A stretch of 64,000 nucleotides of DNA from Carcharhinus longimanus (lineage: Eukaryota). The position numbers were made by a program, and so were the translations under genes. A model generated the notes under the pieces. That model made no database searches, had not been told where the DNA came from, and was given only the letters and a program-made list of their open reading frames with translations. Each line of letters begins with the position of its first letter. The stretch's first letter is position 1. The stretch spans positions 44,533,234-44,597,233 of the forward strand of contig JASCQW010000105.1 of assembly GCA_030264375.1 (NCBI GenBank), read 5' to 3'. This document shows positions 36,473 to 48,349 of this stretch, one piece after another.

Positions 36473-39039
36473 GTGGCCCAAGATATACTTTATAACCTGC
36501 ATTAACCTTAAACTTTGTGTATATTTGTGAAGCTAAGGGAGGAATAAAGGTATATTGTATCATAATCAACCTTTTCATGCTCTGTAAACCTAATTATCCT
36601 GCAATTCTGTTCCTCCACGTTTTGAAAAAAAATATAAACTTTTGAGCTAGGGTGCCATTCTGGGAACTTCTCATGCAGTTATAACTCCAAATGGGACCAT
36701 AACACCACACAATGCAGATAGAAGTTTAATGATCTCACAAGAGTTGTCAAGATAAATCAGGACTGTGCTGCCAATCCACTATTCATGTAACATACTCATG
36801 AATGGAGACTGGAGGTAAAAGTTGCAAAATGGCAATTTTCATTGGCACAGCATTACCATGGCTTCTAAGGTCTGACTGTTTTGGGCACAGTTCAAAATCA
36901 CTTTAAAGATAGAGGGACATTGCCTGTGCTGACAACACCAAGATTTCTTGGGATCAGGATGTATTCCATGTTCTGTCGTTCAGACAGCTTTACTCAATAA
37001 TTCTCTATCAGAATCTGGGTAGAAGCAAATTCATTTCTGCTGTGGGAAACCTCAAAATCCAGACCATACCTTCAAGTAGGATAATGGAAAGGAGGACCTA
37101 TCAGGGAGGACATATATAGAGAGGAACTAGAATCTCAAAGGCTCGTCACCTATAGTTCCTGTGTTCTCTTAAAGTACACCAAGATTGAGAATTGTATTGA
37201 TTTTGAGTCTGTAGATTTTATTCTGTCATCACAGTTTAAAATGAAGTGGTTCACTTTTGACCTGTTTTTCGACATTCCCCAATTAATTGGGGAACAGGAA
37301 AAACAGGAGGGTGCAGCAGGGCTGGGAGACGCAAGTGGAGGCAGTGCAGCAACTTCCCCACTGGCCTCCACAGCCACCACGCACCTCTGGCCACTGGAAT
37401 TCTGGTATAATCAGCTCCATGCTGGAAATTGGCGTGGAGCTGATTAAAATATTTATATTTGAATTTAAATCTTATTAGCAGGCCAGGGACTGAAGTCTCT
37501 GGGCCTGCTAGCCTCCTCCCACCCCATCCTAACCAGGAATGTTTCACTCCAGCAGGGTCAGGCTGCCAGCTCCCCTTCAGTGGGGAGTTGTTGTAAACCC
37601 TGCTGGAGTGAAGAGGGAGTTGCCATGGAGACCCATCCAGGTCAGGGTAAAGGGGGTGCCCCCCAGGCATTGCCAATCTGGCACTGCCCAACAGGCAGAG
37701 TGACAATGTCTAGAGGTACCTTGGCACTATCCACCAGGTACCATGGGGGCAAGGCCAGAGCCTAATGGGGCAGGACCTCTGTGGGAGAGATCAATGGGGT
37801 TGGGGGGCTCCCATTGCCACTCTACAGTCAGGATTGTGAGCAGAGGGAAGGAAGGGCTGATCAAGACTGGCCATTGGAATGTTGGATNNNNNNNNNNNNN
37901 NNNNNNNNNNNNNNNNNNNNNNNNNNNNNNNNNNNNNNNNNNNNNNNNNNNNNNNNNNNNNNNNNNNNNNNNNNNNNNNNNNNNNNNNNNNNNNNNNNNN
38001 NNNNNNNNNNNNNNNNNNNNNNNNNNNNNNNNNNNNNNNNNNNNNNNNNNNNNNNNNNNNNNNNNNAGTCAGTTTCAAGGAATGGCTAAAAGAATGTGAA
38101 CTTAGGATGACTGTTTAAACAAATCATGTATTTCTTTAATGGATCTATACCAGAGAGGGGACATTTACCCTCTAATATGATAAGCTGTCTAAACCATTAA
38201 TTTTAATAGCTTTGGTGTGGAGCTTAGTTGACAAGAAAATATGACTGACTTTTCTGTAGGTAGAAGGAAATCCACATTTGAATGTAAACTTCTGGAGTTG
38301 TTAAAAAGGTGGAAGGAAGTGAGGTGAATTGCATTGTATAGCCATGAGGAGTGAATTTGAACCATCAGCAACAAAGGAAGGATTAACGGAGACTGGATGA
38401 TAAAAGTTGAGAAATCATAATTTTCATTGGCACAGCATTACCATGGCCTCTGCGGTATGACTCTTGAGTGATGAGAAACTTCTGTTTTCTTCACTGCTTC
38501 TTGTTAAGTATATGTAAAATCTTGCTTAGTGAATTCCACTTAATTCATAAATACTAGTTATTTACCTTGTAGGTCAAGCACAACTGAGGACCCTTGCATT
38601 ATAAATTAAAATTCTGACCTTTTTGAGTTTGTTTTAATTAGTAGGGTTTTATAATTCAAGACCCTAAACATTCCAATTGCACTGCCCTTTGATCATTTGA
38701 CAACTGGGTCTATGTATCCATGTGCTCAGCTGAACAAAGTCTTCTGTCTTTTATATTATAAGAGTATTTTGGAAGAAGAGGTTGGCCATTCCAATCATCA
38801 CTTCTAGGAAAACTGCTGCAGCCACTTCATTATTTCCAGCTTAGCAGCTAACCTGCCAAACAGCAGTGCAGTGAAATGAGTTAGACAGAAACATTCAGCA
38901 GGAGAGTCATTGAGCACTAAAAAATTGGGGACCAAACTATCTCAATCCAAAAGTCTACCCTAAACTAGCTTGCTATTAGGATATCATGAGCCAGAAATAT
39001 GCCAGACCCTGTCACACTACATTCTGCACCCCCTCCTTT

Positions 39040-39125
39040 CCTTCTCTATATACAGTATGTTTTGCATAGTGTGCAAGAAACACCACATTTCATTGTATAC
39101 ATGTAACAATAATAAATCAAATGAT
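39040..39125 (+). mobile_element. Rex1/Babar LINE 3' tail
   Basis: gcaagaaacaccacatttcattgtatacatgtaacaataataaatcaaat. Confidence 0.65.
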
Positions 39126-40285
39126 AAATAATGCATGCTTGCAGGCATCAGTTGCCTAGCATTAGACTACAACTCCCAGAGTGCTTAGGTGCCAATGAAA
39201 TCCATGTTCCAGTGAAAATGAAATGTTTTTGAAAGATTTGTTAGTCTGCTTGCAATGAAGTAACCATCAGTAGTTACCTGTCTGATTTTCTGCAGGCCTT
39301 CTGCTATCCTATTCACATATGTATGTGGCAGATTGTTGCTATAGTCTGTCTTTGATGAAGTGGATCCCTGTTGACATATTTGTTTAGTGAAACTGCTGCT
39401 ATTGCCAGATTGTTACAATGGCACATCTCCACTAATCTGTTTAATTTCTGTCAGCTGAAGTTTTTTGTACCCTTAATTCCACAAAGAATTTATGCAATGT
39501 TTGCTTAAAAATGAGACGTTATATTGCTGCATCTAAAATTACTGAAGCTTAAAGTTCAACATATTAAATTATACATGCCTTCAAAACATGTCAAGCTCTG
39601 CTTATTTCAAATGTCAAATGACTATTTTACCATTTATGTAAGAAATTGCCATCATTTATCCAAGTACTGTTACACCTGCATAAACATGGATGAGCTTTAT
39701 CTCTTTCAGCTATTATAAAATAGATTATAATGATTATCTTAAGGTAAAGCATAAGTAATAATTTGGTATCAAAGAACTTCTCAGCTAATAAGGAATCCAG
39801 TTGCCTTATTGTATCTTTGCTGGCTCTTTAAAAGAGCTATTTCATAAATATCACTCCTGTTCTTTCCCCACATCCTTTCAAACCTTTTGCTTTTTAATTA
39901 TAGTCAATCCCCTTTTGAAGCTGCTTATACTAATTAATCCTTCCATCTCGTGCTTAGAGTCTTCTGATCGCTGGCCAGCTTCACAACCTCCATTGTTGGC
40001 CTTGCAATCCCACCTCCCCAAAACTTGCCTGGACCAGCCTCAATGTGCCACCCTCAGCCTGCCTCAATGCTCCCACTGCAGCCTTGGTCTCATGATTCTC
40101 TACCCCCCCCACATCCACTTCCCTCTGCCCCCCCCACCTCGCTCCACTGATTGCTCGCAGAGTGGCAGCAGACCCCCTGCTCCTGCCTCCGCCGCCCCCG
40201 TTTCCTCACCAGAGAATGATCTGGCCCAACCCCCCCACCGGACCTGAGTTCCTGACCACCACCACCCCCCCCACCCACCAGATTT

Positions 40286-40374
40286 GACTCACCTGATGAA
40301 GGGGCAGCACTCCAAAAGCTAGTGCTTGTGCTACCTGTTGGACTTTACCTTGGTGTTGTGAGACTTCTTACCGT
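40286..40374 (+). mobile_element. Penelope-derived terminus with near-intact minimal hammerhead
   Basis: TCAC-CTGATGA(40293-40299)-AGGGGCAGCACTCC-AAAA-GCTA-GTG, then cctgttggactttaccttggtgttgtgagacttctta. Runs into a gap. Confidence 0.8.
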
Positions 40375-40597
40375 NNNNNNNNNNNNNNNNNNNNNNNNNN
40401 NNNNNNNNNNNNNNNNCAGCCCTTGCGCCTAGGACCCTCTATGGAAAGCACAAAGGGAAAAAAAAACCCACAACCCAGCAATGCAATTTAAAACTAAACA
40501 CAGTACACTCACCAGCCACCAGTACACTGCTCCAGAGAGCAAATGAACAATCCCTCACTTTTCCACCATTTTCTTTATGCCACCCTTGGTCAATTGA

Positions 40598-41862
40598 CCA
40601 ATCTCTGAAAGAGAGCAGGTATCCACATGGCATTCAATGGGCAAACTACCTCAGATTGCTCTTGTCTGGATTTCCTTCAGCATATAAGGTAAGTACACCC
40701 CATATTGATTGCTTTTACAAACACCAGTGTTTCAGCAGCTAAGGGGCTTTTAACTATCCTTTCTATTTTCTTTGGCTCCCTGGCCCATGGACAACATTTA
40801 TTGTTCTTTCCCAGCAATAATATGATGAACCATACTGTACTCGAATATCCATCAGGAAGATTGGCATGTGAAGCACTGCCACAAATGACTAACCTCATTT
40901 TCTGGATCACCCAAGGCTGGGAACTTGAGTGCATATTTCTCTGAATTTAGTTTATTCACTGATCTGTTTGTTCTCACAACTTCCTCAACTGTAATACATT
41001 TCATTATAATACTCAGTTCCAAAACATCATAACTAGCATCATGTTTAGTCTAACTGCCCAATCAAACTTCTTAGTTGGTCTGTTTCTTCCATGGATGGAG
41101 GATTCTCTTTTTATGAGGACCTGGCCTTATTTACTGAAATGCAAATGACATTTTCTGAGGAATGCTGTTGATTCAAAATTACTCCCGACTTATTCTACTT
41201 ATGATTAACCTTGCATCCCGAAACCTAACTTTCAATTTCAAATTATTTTATTTAATCGATCACCCATTGCTCAACTTGTGCAGAACCATCAATATGCATT
41301 AGAAAAATGTCTGCCAGTTTCTCCTTGTGATAGCAGTAGAACATTTCTGGGTCTGCCTTTAGCTGAATAGCACCTACTTTCAACAAAATGGACTTAATGG
41401 AAAAATACTACATATTTGATGCATCATTCAATCCATAAACACTCCTGATCAATTTCCAGTCTCCCTTCTACGTCACCAGCTTTTTTAGGTGGTTTGAAAG
41501 TCATTTCCATGAAATTTCTCACTCTGCAAAAATGCAGCTTTTATATCAATCAACTTACACACCCAGGAAGATGTTGCTGAGAGCTAAGGAAGTTTTCAAG
41601 GTCACTTTTCCTGCACTTGGAGAGCCCACCCTGACATCTTGATCATCAAGATTTTCTTTGAAATGCTGAGCTATTAGTTTAGCTTCAGCCTTATCTTCCA
41701 TCAGGAAGACGTCTTTCTGTGTGTAACCATTTGTGTGATAAGGCTGGTGGTCCTTTACTGCTATTTTAGTGTGTACACCAAATTTTTCCCAACTTCTGTT
41801 TTTGGCATCCTTTAGCAACTAATATTCTAATTTGCTGGTGGTCACTAACTTCTCAAACTTCC
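40598..41862 (-). mobile_element. Decayed Ty1/Copia (GalEa-like) pol: reverse transcriptase and RNase H
   Basis: Minus strand, with frameshifts: KAEAKLIAQHFKEN..VRVGSPS, IDIKAAFLQ, KPPKKAG, WKLIRSVYGLNDASNM*Y, KADPEMFY, IFLMHIDG. RNase H follows as GSASHANLPDGYSS, KKIERIVKSPLAAETL and LPIECHVD. Confidence 0.88.
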
Positions 41863-42017
41863 TGAGAGTGTAGTGGAGGTAGATTCGATCAAGGTATTCA
41901 AAGTGGAATTGGACTGCTATCTGAAAGGGGAGAACGTGCAAGGTTATGGGGATAAGACAGGAGAGTGGGATAGGTAAAATGCTTTTTCAGAGAGCTAGTA
42001 CAGCCCTGATGGGCCTT
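41862..42017 (+). mobile_element. CR1 LINE 3' end
   Basis: cctgagagtgtagtggaggtagattcgatc...ttcaaagtggaattggactgctatctgaaag...gatgggcc. Confidence 0.8.
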
Positions 42018-42349
42018 TGTAGGAGTTTTTCAGAGACCTATGTGTTATGCTGGCTTCAATGTGAGAGATTTCTCTTTATTAAGTACAGCTCAGCAAACAC
42101 ACAGAACTCACAAAGACAGTAATTCTGGTTGAAGGCGTACTTTATTGCTTAGGCCTGGTCCATGTGTATAGGAGAATGATTTGGAGAAGCCCAAATTATT
42201 CTAAATTGCATTGTTATCAGTAATACAATTATAATTTTGACTGGAGGACTATGCACTAATGGGGTACCAGCTGTTGCACATGGGTGGTCTGCAGGCACCC
42301 CACTCTGAACAACTTCCTCTTCTACCTAGTCTCTTGCCATGTCTTCCAA

Positions 42350-42960
42350 CTGTCACAGCTGTCCCTGGACAATCCCACTCTGACCCTGCTGCTGCAAACT
42401 GTCATTCAGTACCCTCCTTCTGTCATCTTTGACCTTCCCTCTGTTACCTTCAACTGTCCCTCCATCAACCTTGCTCTGTTTTCAGTGATTCTTGAACCAC
42501 TCACCATCATCCTTGATCAAATGCTCTGTCAACCAACCACCCATCATGCTTCCCCTGCATCTGTTTCCCCCTCGACCTGCCTACCATCAAACATCGTCCT
42601 CAACCCTCCCTCCACCCTTGATCTGTCCTCAATTACCCTTGAATCTTCCAACTTCACCTTGACTCCAATCATTCCAGATCTCCCCTCTATAATGCATGAT
42701 CTGCCATTGGTAGAGATTGATCTTCCACGTGTTGGCAAGTTCCCTCCCTCTGTCCTCCATAACCCTTCTGAGAACAACCACAACCTGTCCTCCCTTCAAT
42801 AAACAGCCATGCTCCGACCTACCTGGAAAAGGTCCACTTATCCTCCCTCAGACAGCAATGTCCTGACCTCCATAGACAGTCATTATCCCCATTTCCATGG
42901 ACAGCAATACCTTGACCTCTCTGGACAACTGATACTGGAACTCAACAGAACAGTTCAGCC
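42350..42960. repeat. Degenerate pyrimidine-rich minisatellite (~21-bp units, then ~24-bp units)
   Basis: gtcatctttgaccttccctct / gttaccttcaactgtccctcc / atcaaccttgctctgttttca / gtgattcttgaaccactcacc, and later gacagcaat..ctgacctc units. Confidence 0.6.
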
Positions 42961-44789
42961 TCCTTTCGCTTGATTCAGCAAAGTTTTCCATATTTAGTAA
43001 AGCAGCTCTTACTCACTCAATCAAAATTCACCATGAGGACTACTTCATCTGCTGCAACCCACCTTTCCCCACCCCTAAATAGTAAGGGTACAATTTAACC
43101 TGATGAGCATGTTTTAATAGTATGCAAGGCATGCTAATCCATTACAAAGAGGTTCCCACTGTTGGCCATTTGGGAACCCAATCCACTTTCAATCCAACAC
43201 TGACTTAGTAGTCACCTTTATTATAGCTGTTGGGAAGCTGTGTTTTGGCTAGCCACACCATTAAGATTGTCTGCCTTGTTTCCCACTCCATCAATGTGTC
43301 AGATGTTTTTAAAAGAATTTATATGCAGAAGTATATTCTAAGAAATCTGAGAACATGTACAGTGGAAAAAAATCACACTTTTTCAAAATCCTTGCATTTG
43401 ACTCCTGTCATCCTCGCAAAATAACATATACTATATATGACTGAACAATACAATTTAATGGACTGACTCAGATTAGATGGGGGAGGGGGAAATTGTCAAG
43501 AAGAATTGCAGACGATGAGGGCCTCGCTTCATTTCACTTACACATCATGCTTCACTAATGGGAGTGTCATTAATGAATGTTTTACATTGTGCCATTTCCA
43601 CTCAAGGTTTTGAAAGCATCCTGCTATATTGGTCCCTGGAGTCATTTAAGAAGAAACTTGTCTCATGGAGCATATGCTGGCCCAGATAATAAACGCTTTC
43701 TCTGGCCACTTGGTGCATTGCCAACAGACTTTTGTCCTAAACCCATGAACTGTAAGTGTTTTGTGTACTAAGTGATGTTACACAGCACTTATAGTGTGGT
43801 ACGGAATAACGGACAACTCGGGGGAATGCCATTCATTCTAATGATTTTTCACTGATGTTTGCTGATAGCTTTTATGTTGTATGGAAATCCATGGCATACA
43901 AAAAGTAAGTTTTGTGTTAATGAAGTAGGTTTTGAATTGTTTAAGCACGTTGGTGGAATTATACAATGAATATACGACTCCTTCATTGTTTAGGATTGAT
44001 CAATGAATTCTTTTTAAAAATGCAATTGATTTTTGAAACTAAGATTCATCTGCACTGCACTCTTGACATTCTTGGAATAGATTGAAGTCTAAAGGCAGTG
44101 ACCTTGTGACTTCTGGCTGTAATATCACCTTGTGCTTTAGTCGGTTCATCGTTCCACAATCCAATCAAAAGCATGCTGGATCGTTCATCACAGTTTCATT
44201 ATTGGCCCTTGATAAATCTTACTTTCTATATTTGCCACTCATACACTTAGATGTGTTGTTGAAGTGCAATTATTTTCACTTACTTTAGACCAATATCATT
44301 GATCATCATCAACTGCAGTAAAATGCCACTGTCAGGTCAGTAGTAAACATGATTTGTACTTTGTTGCATTTCTGGTAATTTGGAGTTAATCCCTTGATTG
44401 AAAGGCGGAGGTTACTCGTTTGTTTCATAGGTTTTATGTAAAATATGTTACAAAAATCAATATTTCCATGCTTTATAAATAATTTTAGTNNNNNNNNNNN
44501 NNNNNNNNNNNNNNNNNNNNNNNNNNNNNNNNNNNNNNNNNNNNNNNNNNNNNNNNNNNNNNNNNNNNNNNNNNNNNNNNNNNNNNNNNTTCAATGATTG
44601 GAAAAACTAGTCAGGTCAATGGATGTGTGTATATTGAACATGAGGCATCATTTTTAGGCCAAATCAATAGTAAATGGTTTGCTGTGCTTGAAGTATTTTT
44701 GTCTTTCCCAAGTCATTTTGGTTTATTTTCCATATACAGATGTAAACAACAGCAAATCAAGTCTTCAACGGTAAATCAAGGGGGAAAGA

Positions 44790-45036
44790 TTCAGTGGAGA
44801 TGTGTGGGGAAAGTTTTTTACACAGAGTGGTGGGGGCCTGGAAGGCACTGCCAAGTGAGATGGTTGAGGCAGACACATTAGCGACATTTAAGACTTATCT
44901 GGATAGACATATGAACAGAATAGAGGGATATCGAGGGAATAAAGGAATATCGATGCTTGGTCTAGATAGGACAATGTGATTGGCACAGGTTTGGAGGGCT
45001 GAAGGACTCGTTCCTATACTGTACTGTTCTTTGTTC
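44790..45036 (+). mobile_element. HER1/CR1 LINE 3' end
   Basis: RVVGAWKALPSEMVEADTLATFKTYLDRHMN, with tail tactgtactgttctttgttc. Confidence 0.9.
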
Positions 45037-45094
45037 AATATTTCTAAAAATGGGAGTGGAGATCAGAAGGGTGATTATTAGGAGGAAAATATTT

Positions 45095-45890
45095 TGATTT
45101 GATTTATTATTGTCACATGTATTAGCATACAATGAAAAGTATTGTTTCTTGCACACCATACAGACAGAGCATACATTCATAGAGAATGCAATTAGAGAGT
45201 GAAGAATATACTGTTAAAGTCAAACTAGGGCGCAGGGGAAAAGATTAACTTAATGCGAGGTAGGTCCATTCAAAAGTTGGATTGCAGCTGTTCTTGAGTC
45301 GGTTGGTGCGTGACCTCAGACTTTTGTATCTTTTTCCTGCTGAAAGAACATGGAAGAGAGAATGTCCGGGGTGCATGGGATCCTTAATTATGCTGGCTGA
45401 TTTGCCAAGGCAGTGGGAAATGTAGACAAAGTCAATGGATGGGAGGCTGGTTTGCATGATGGATTGGGCTACTTTCATGACCTTTTGTAGTTTCTTGTGG
45501 TCTTAGGCAGAGCAGGAGCCATACCAAGCTATGGTACAATCAGAAAGAATGCTTTCTGTGCTGCATCCATTGGTGAGAGTCATAGCTGACATGCCAAATC
45601 TCCTTAGCCTTCTAAGAAAGTAGAGATGTTGTTGGGTTTTCTTAACTATAGTGTCAGCATAGGTGGGGGGTGGGGAGAGGGGGGTAGGGGAAGAGACCAG
45701 GACAGGTTGTTGGTAATCTGGATACCTAAAACCTGAAGCTCTCGACCCTTTTCACTTTATCCCCACTGATGTAGACAGGGGCATGTTCTCATCTATGCTT
45801 CCTGAGGTCGATGGCAATCTCCTTCATTTTGTTGACATTGAGGGAGAGTTTATTGTTGCCACACCAGTTCACCAGATTCTCTATTTCATT
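45095..45890 (-). mobile_element. Rex1/Babar LINE 3' portion
   Basis: AQSIMQTSLPSIDFVYISHCLGKSASIIKDPMHPGHSLFHVLSAGKRYKSLRSRTNRLKNS, with tail catgtgacaataataaatcaaatc on the minus strand. Confidence 0.88.
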
Positions 45891-46574
45891 GAAGTGTCCA
45901 GAGTACAACGTCCTGTCAGAAGGTATTAGGGAAGCTAAAATACTGGCATTAAATAGGGGGGACATTAGGAGAAATTTTCAGTGGGCCATTAGAAACAAGA
46001 AAGACAAGAAAACATTGGAGCCTTCATTTGTTTCCAACATCAGTTAGGTGAAATGATGTTGAAAACTAACACAATGAAGAGAGGTTGTGAAGAAGTTGTA
46101 AAAATAAAAACAAAAAACCTCCTCTCCTCAAGGTGAACAACAAAATGTGCCAGAAATCCAAAGCAGGAATATTAACATCCCGAAATAATAGAAAATATAG
46201 GTCAACCTTTTAATAGAGACTCTCTCTGGTCTCAAACCTGCCGCTGTCACTGCCAGTGAGAATGCAGCATCTGATGCTCAGCAAAGTCTCTGATCACAGC
46301 AGCCGGGACTGGACAATCCCAGCCACGGGCGAGGTCAGGGAATTTTGACCTGAAAATCCTCCTGGTCTTATTTGTGTGGAAATGCTGGAGAAATAGTGTC
46401 AATCGGTATTTATGTTGTTTTCCTGGGATTTCTGCCAATCTTTTTCTCAATTTGAAGCTTGAGGTCAGGGACTCTGTTTAAAGATTTTACAACTATTTCC
46501 AAACTTTTGATGAAGGAAAGCTACCCAAAAAACATAAAACCATTTTTTCATTTAGGGGCATTCCCGAAGGACCA

Positions 46575-47225
46575 TGTGGTCGGGTGGGACCCTATGGAAT
46601 GTCAAAGTGCAAAGCTGAACTAATCAAGTGTGAGGGGGCATCTCCCAGGCCTGTGGAGGATTGGCAATTGAAGCCAGGGCAGATTAGTGTTAAGTCACAT
46701 TGTTATTCTGCCTGACCCTGTTGTCGATGCAGGGTGGGATTTTCCGGCTGCGTTTGCCCCAAAACTGGAAAATCTTAAGGTTCAAACCCAAGGGTAACTG
46801 ACCTTTCTACAGTCCACCCCTCGCCCACTACGATTCCTGTGGTGGGCGGAATGGCAAAATTCGCCCCATAGTTATTTATTCATTGACAATAAAACCTGTT
46901 GTTCTTTGAGTCATCCTGGATTTATTACACTTGGTGATGAGGAAATACATTCGAAGCCCCTTGGGGATCTCAATGTACAGCTACAGGGGGAAGAGACTGG
47001 AGCATTGAAAATAATAAGAAGCAAATTGCAGGTGCATGGTAAAATGCCTTTGATTGGGAAATTAGGACAATTTGCCCCTGAAGTAGAAAACTAGGGGGCA
47101 GTGTATTGAAAGGCTACTTTAACTTCTTTGTAGTAAATGAGATAGTAACTGAAGAAAAGTGGAAGGTTCTATTGCTCACATTTTGTGACCTACAGAAATC
47201 ACAATCAGAAATTTAACAGCTTCTG
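46575..47225 (+). mobile_element. Gypsy (Mag-like) remnant: 5' LTR end, PBS and gag N-terminus
   Basis: The LTR ends aataaaacc...ttattaca at 46929, followed by PBS-like TGGTGATGAGGA at 46932-46943. ATG at 47044 opens MPLIGKLGQFAPEVEN*..CIERL..FFVVNEIVTEEKWKVLLLTFC. The LTR start is approximate. Confidence 0.8.
46732..46867. mobile_element. Harbinger-type MITE (2133/29024 family) inside the Gypsy LTR
   Basis: gggtgggattttccggc...ccaaaactggaaaatc...cgattcctgtgg...aaaattcgcccc. Confidence 0.75.
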
Positions 47226-47566
47226 ATGCTTCAAACAACAAGGGTGTGATCGTAAACCTTGTCCTGCCCGTTGTTCAGCAAGACAAGCTGATAAGATCCA
47301 GTGAAAGGTGAAAAATCAGGTTTTCTCTTAGTCTATCGCCTTTCCCAATCAATGTGGCCCAGTTCTGCCAATGGGTGCCAAGTTGATTTGAATACTTGAG
47401 ATGTTTAACATGTCATTAATGAGTCCTGGATGATGTTGTCTCAGCTCATTTGTGTTAACCACCTTGCCAGTCAACCTTCAAGAATCGCGGCTGGTCTCTA
47501 CCAACAGAGACTAGATCTGATCGCCTTGCCTGGATGATCAGGAGCCATTGAAGCCCCCGGCTGGTC

Positions 47567-47641
47567 ATAAGAACATAACATAAGAAATAGGAGCAGGAGT
47601 AGGCCATCTAGCCCCTCGAGCCTGCCCCGCCATTCAATAAG
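47567..47641 (-). mobile_element. Young CR1 3' tail running into a gap
   Basis: cataagaacataacataagaaataggagcaggagtaggccatctagcccctcgagcctg. Confidence 0.85.
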
Positions 47642-48216
47642 NNNNNNNNNNNNNNNNNNNNNNNNNNNNNNNNNNNNNNNNNNNNNNNNNNNNNNNNNNN
47701 NNNNNNNNNNNNNNNNNNNNNNNNNNNNNNNNNNNNNNNNNNNNNNNNNNNNNNNNNNNNNNNNNNNNNNNNNNNNNNNNNNNNNNNNNNNNNNNNNNNN
47801 NNNNNNNNNNNNNNNNNNNNNNNNNNNNNNNNNNNNNNNNNNNNNNNNNNNNNNNNNNNNNNNNNNNNNNNNNNNNNNNNNNNNNNNNNNNNNNNNNNNN
47901 NNNNNNNNNNNNNNNNNNNNNNNNNNNNNNNNNNNNNNNNNNNNNNNNNNNNNNNNNNNNNNNNNNNNNNNNNNNNNNNNNNNNNNNNNNNNNNNNNNNN
48001 NNNNNNNNNNNNNNNNNNNNNNNNNNNNNNNNNNNNNNNNNNNNNNNNNNNNNNNNNNNNNNNNNNNNNNNNNNNNNNNNNNNNNNNNNNNNNNNNNNNN
48101 NNNNNNNNNNNNNNNNNNNNNNNNNNNNNNNNNNNNNNNNNNNNNNNNNNNNNNNNNNNNNNNNNNNNNNNNNNNNNNNNNNNNNNNNNNNNNNNNNNNN
48201 NNNNNNNNNNNNNNNN

Positions 48217-48316
48217 AACATTGGAATAGTTTAGGTTAGAGGGTCATTAGATTGGTCCCACTGGTCGGCGCAACATCGAGGGCCGAAGGGCCTGTACTGC
48301 GCTGTTATGTTCTATA
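48217..48316 (+). mobile_element. CR1/HER1 3' tail emerging from a gap
   Basis: ggtcggcgcaacatcgagggccgaagggcctgtactgcgctgttatgttctat. Confidence 0.85.
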
Positions 48317-48349
48317 TAAATTCTATAAGAATAAGTCATGTTCTACGGC

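Noticed and set aside
40660-40694. Apparent 8-nt micro-exon (ttccttcag|CATATAAG|gtaagt)
   Set aside because: It lies antisense within the Copia RNase H remnant and has no host gene on the + strand, so it is likely chance.
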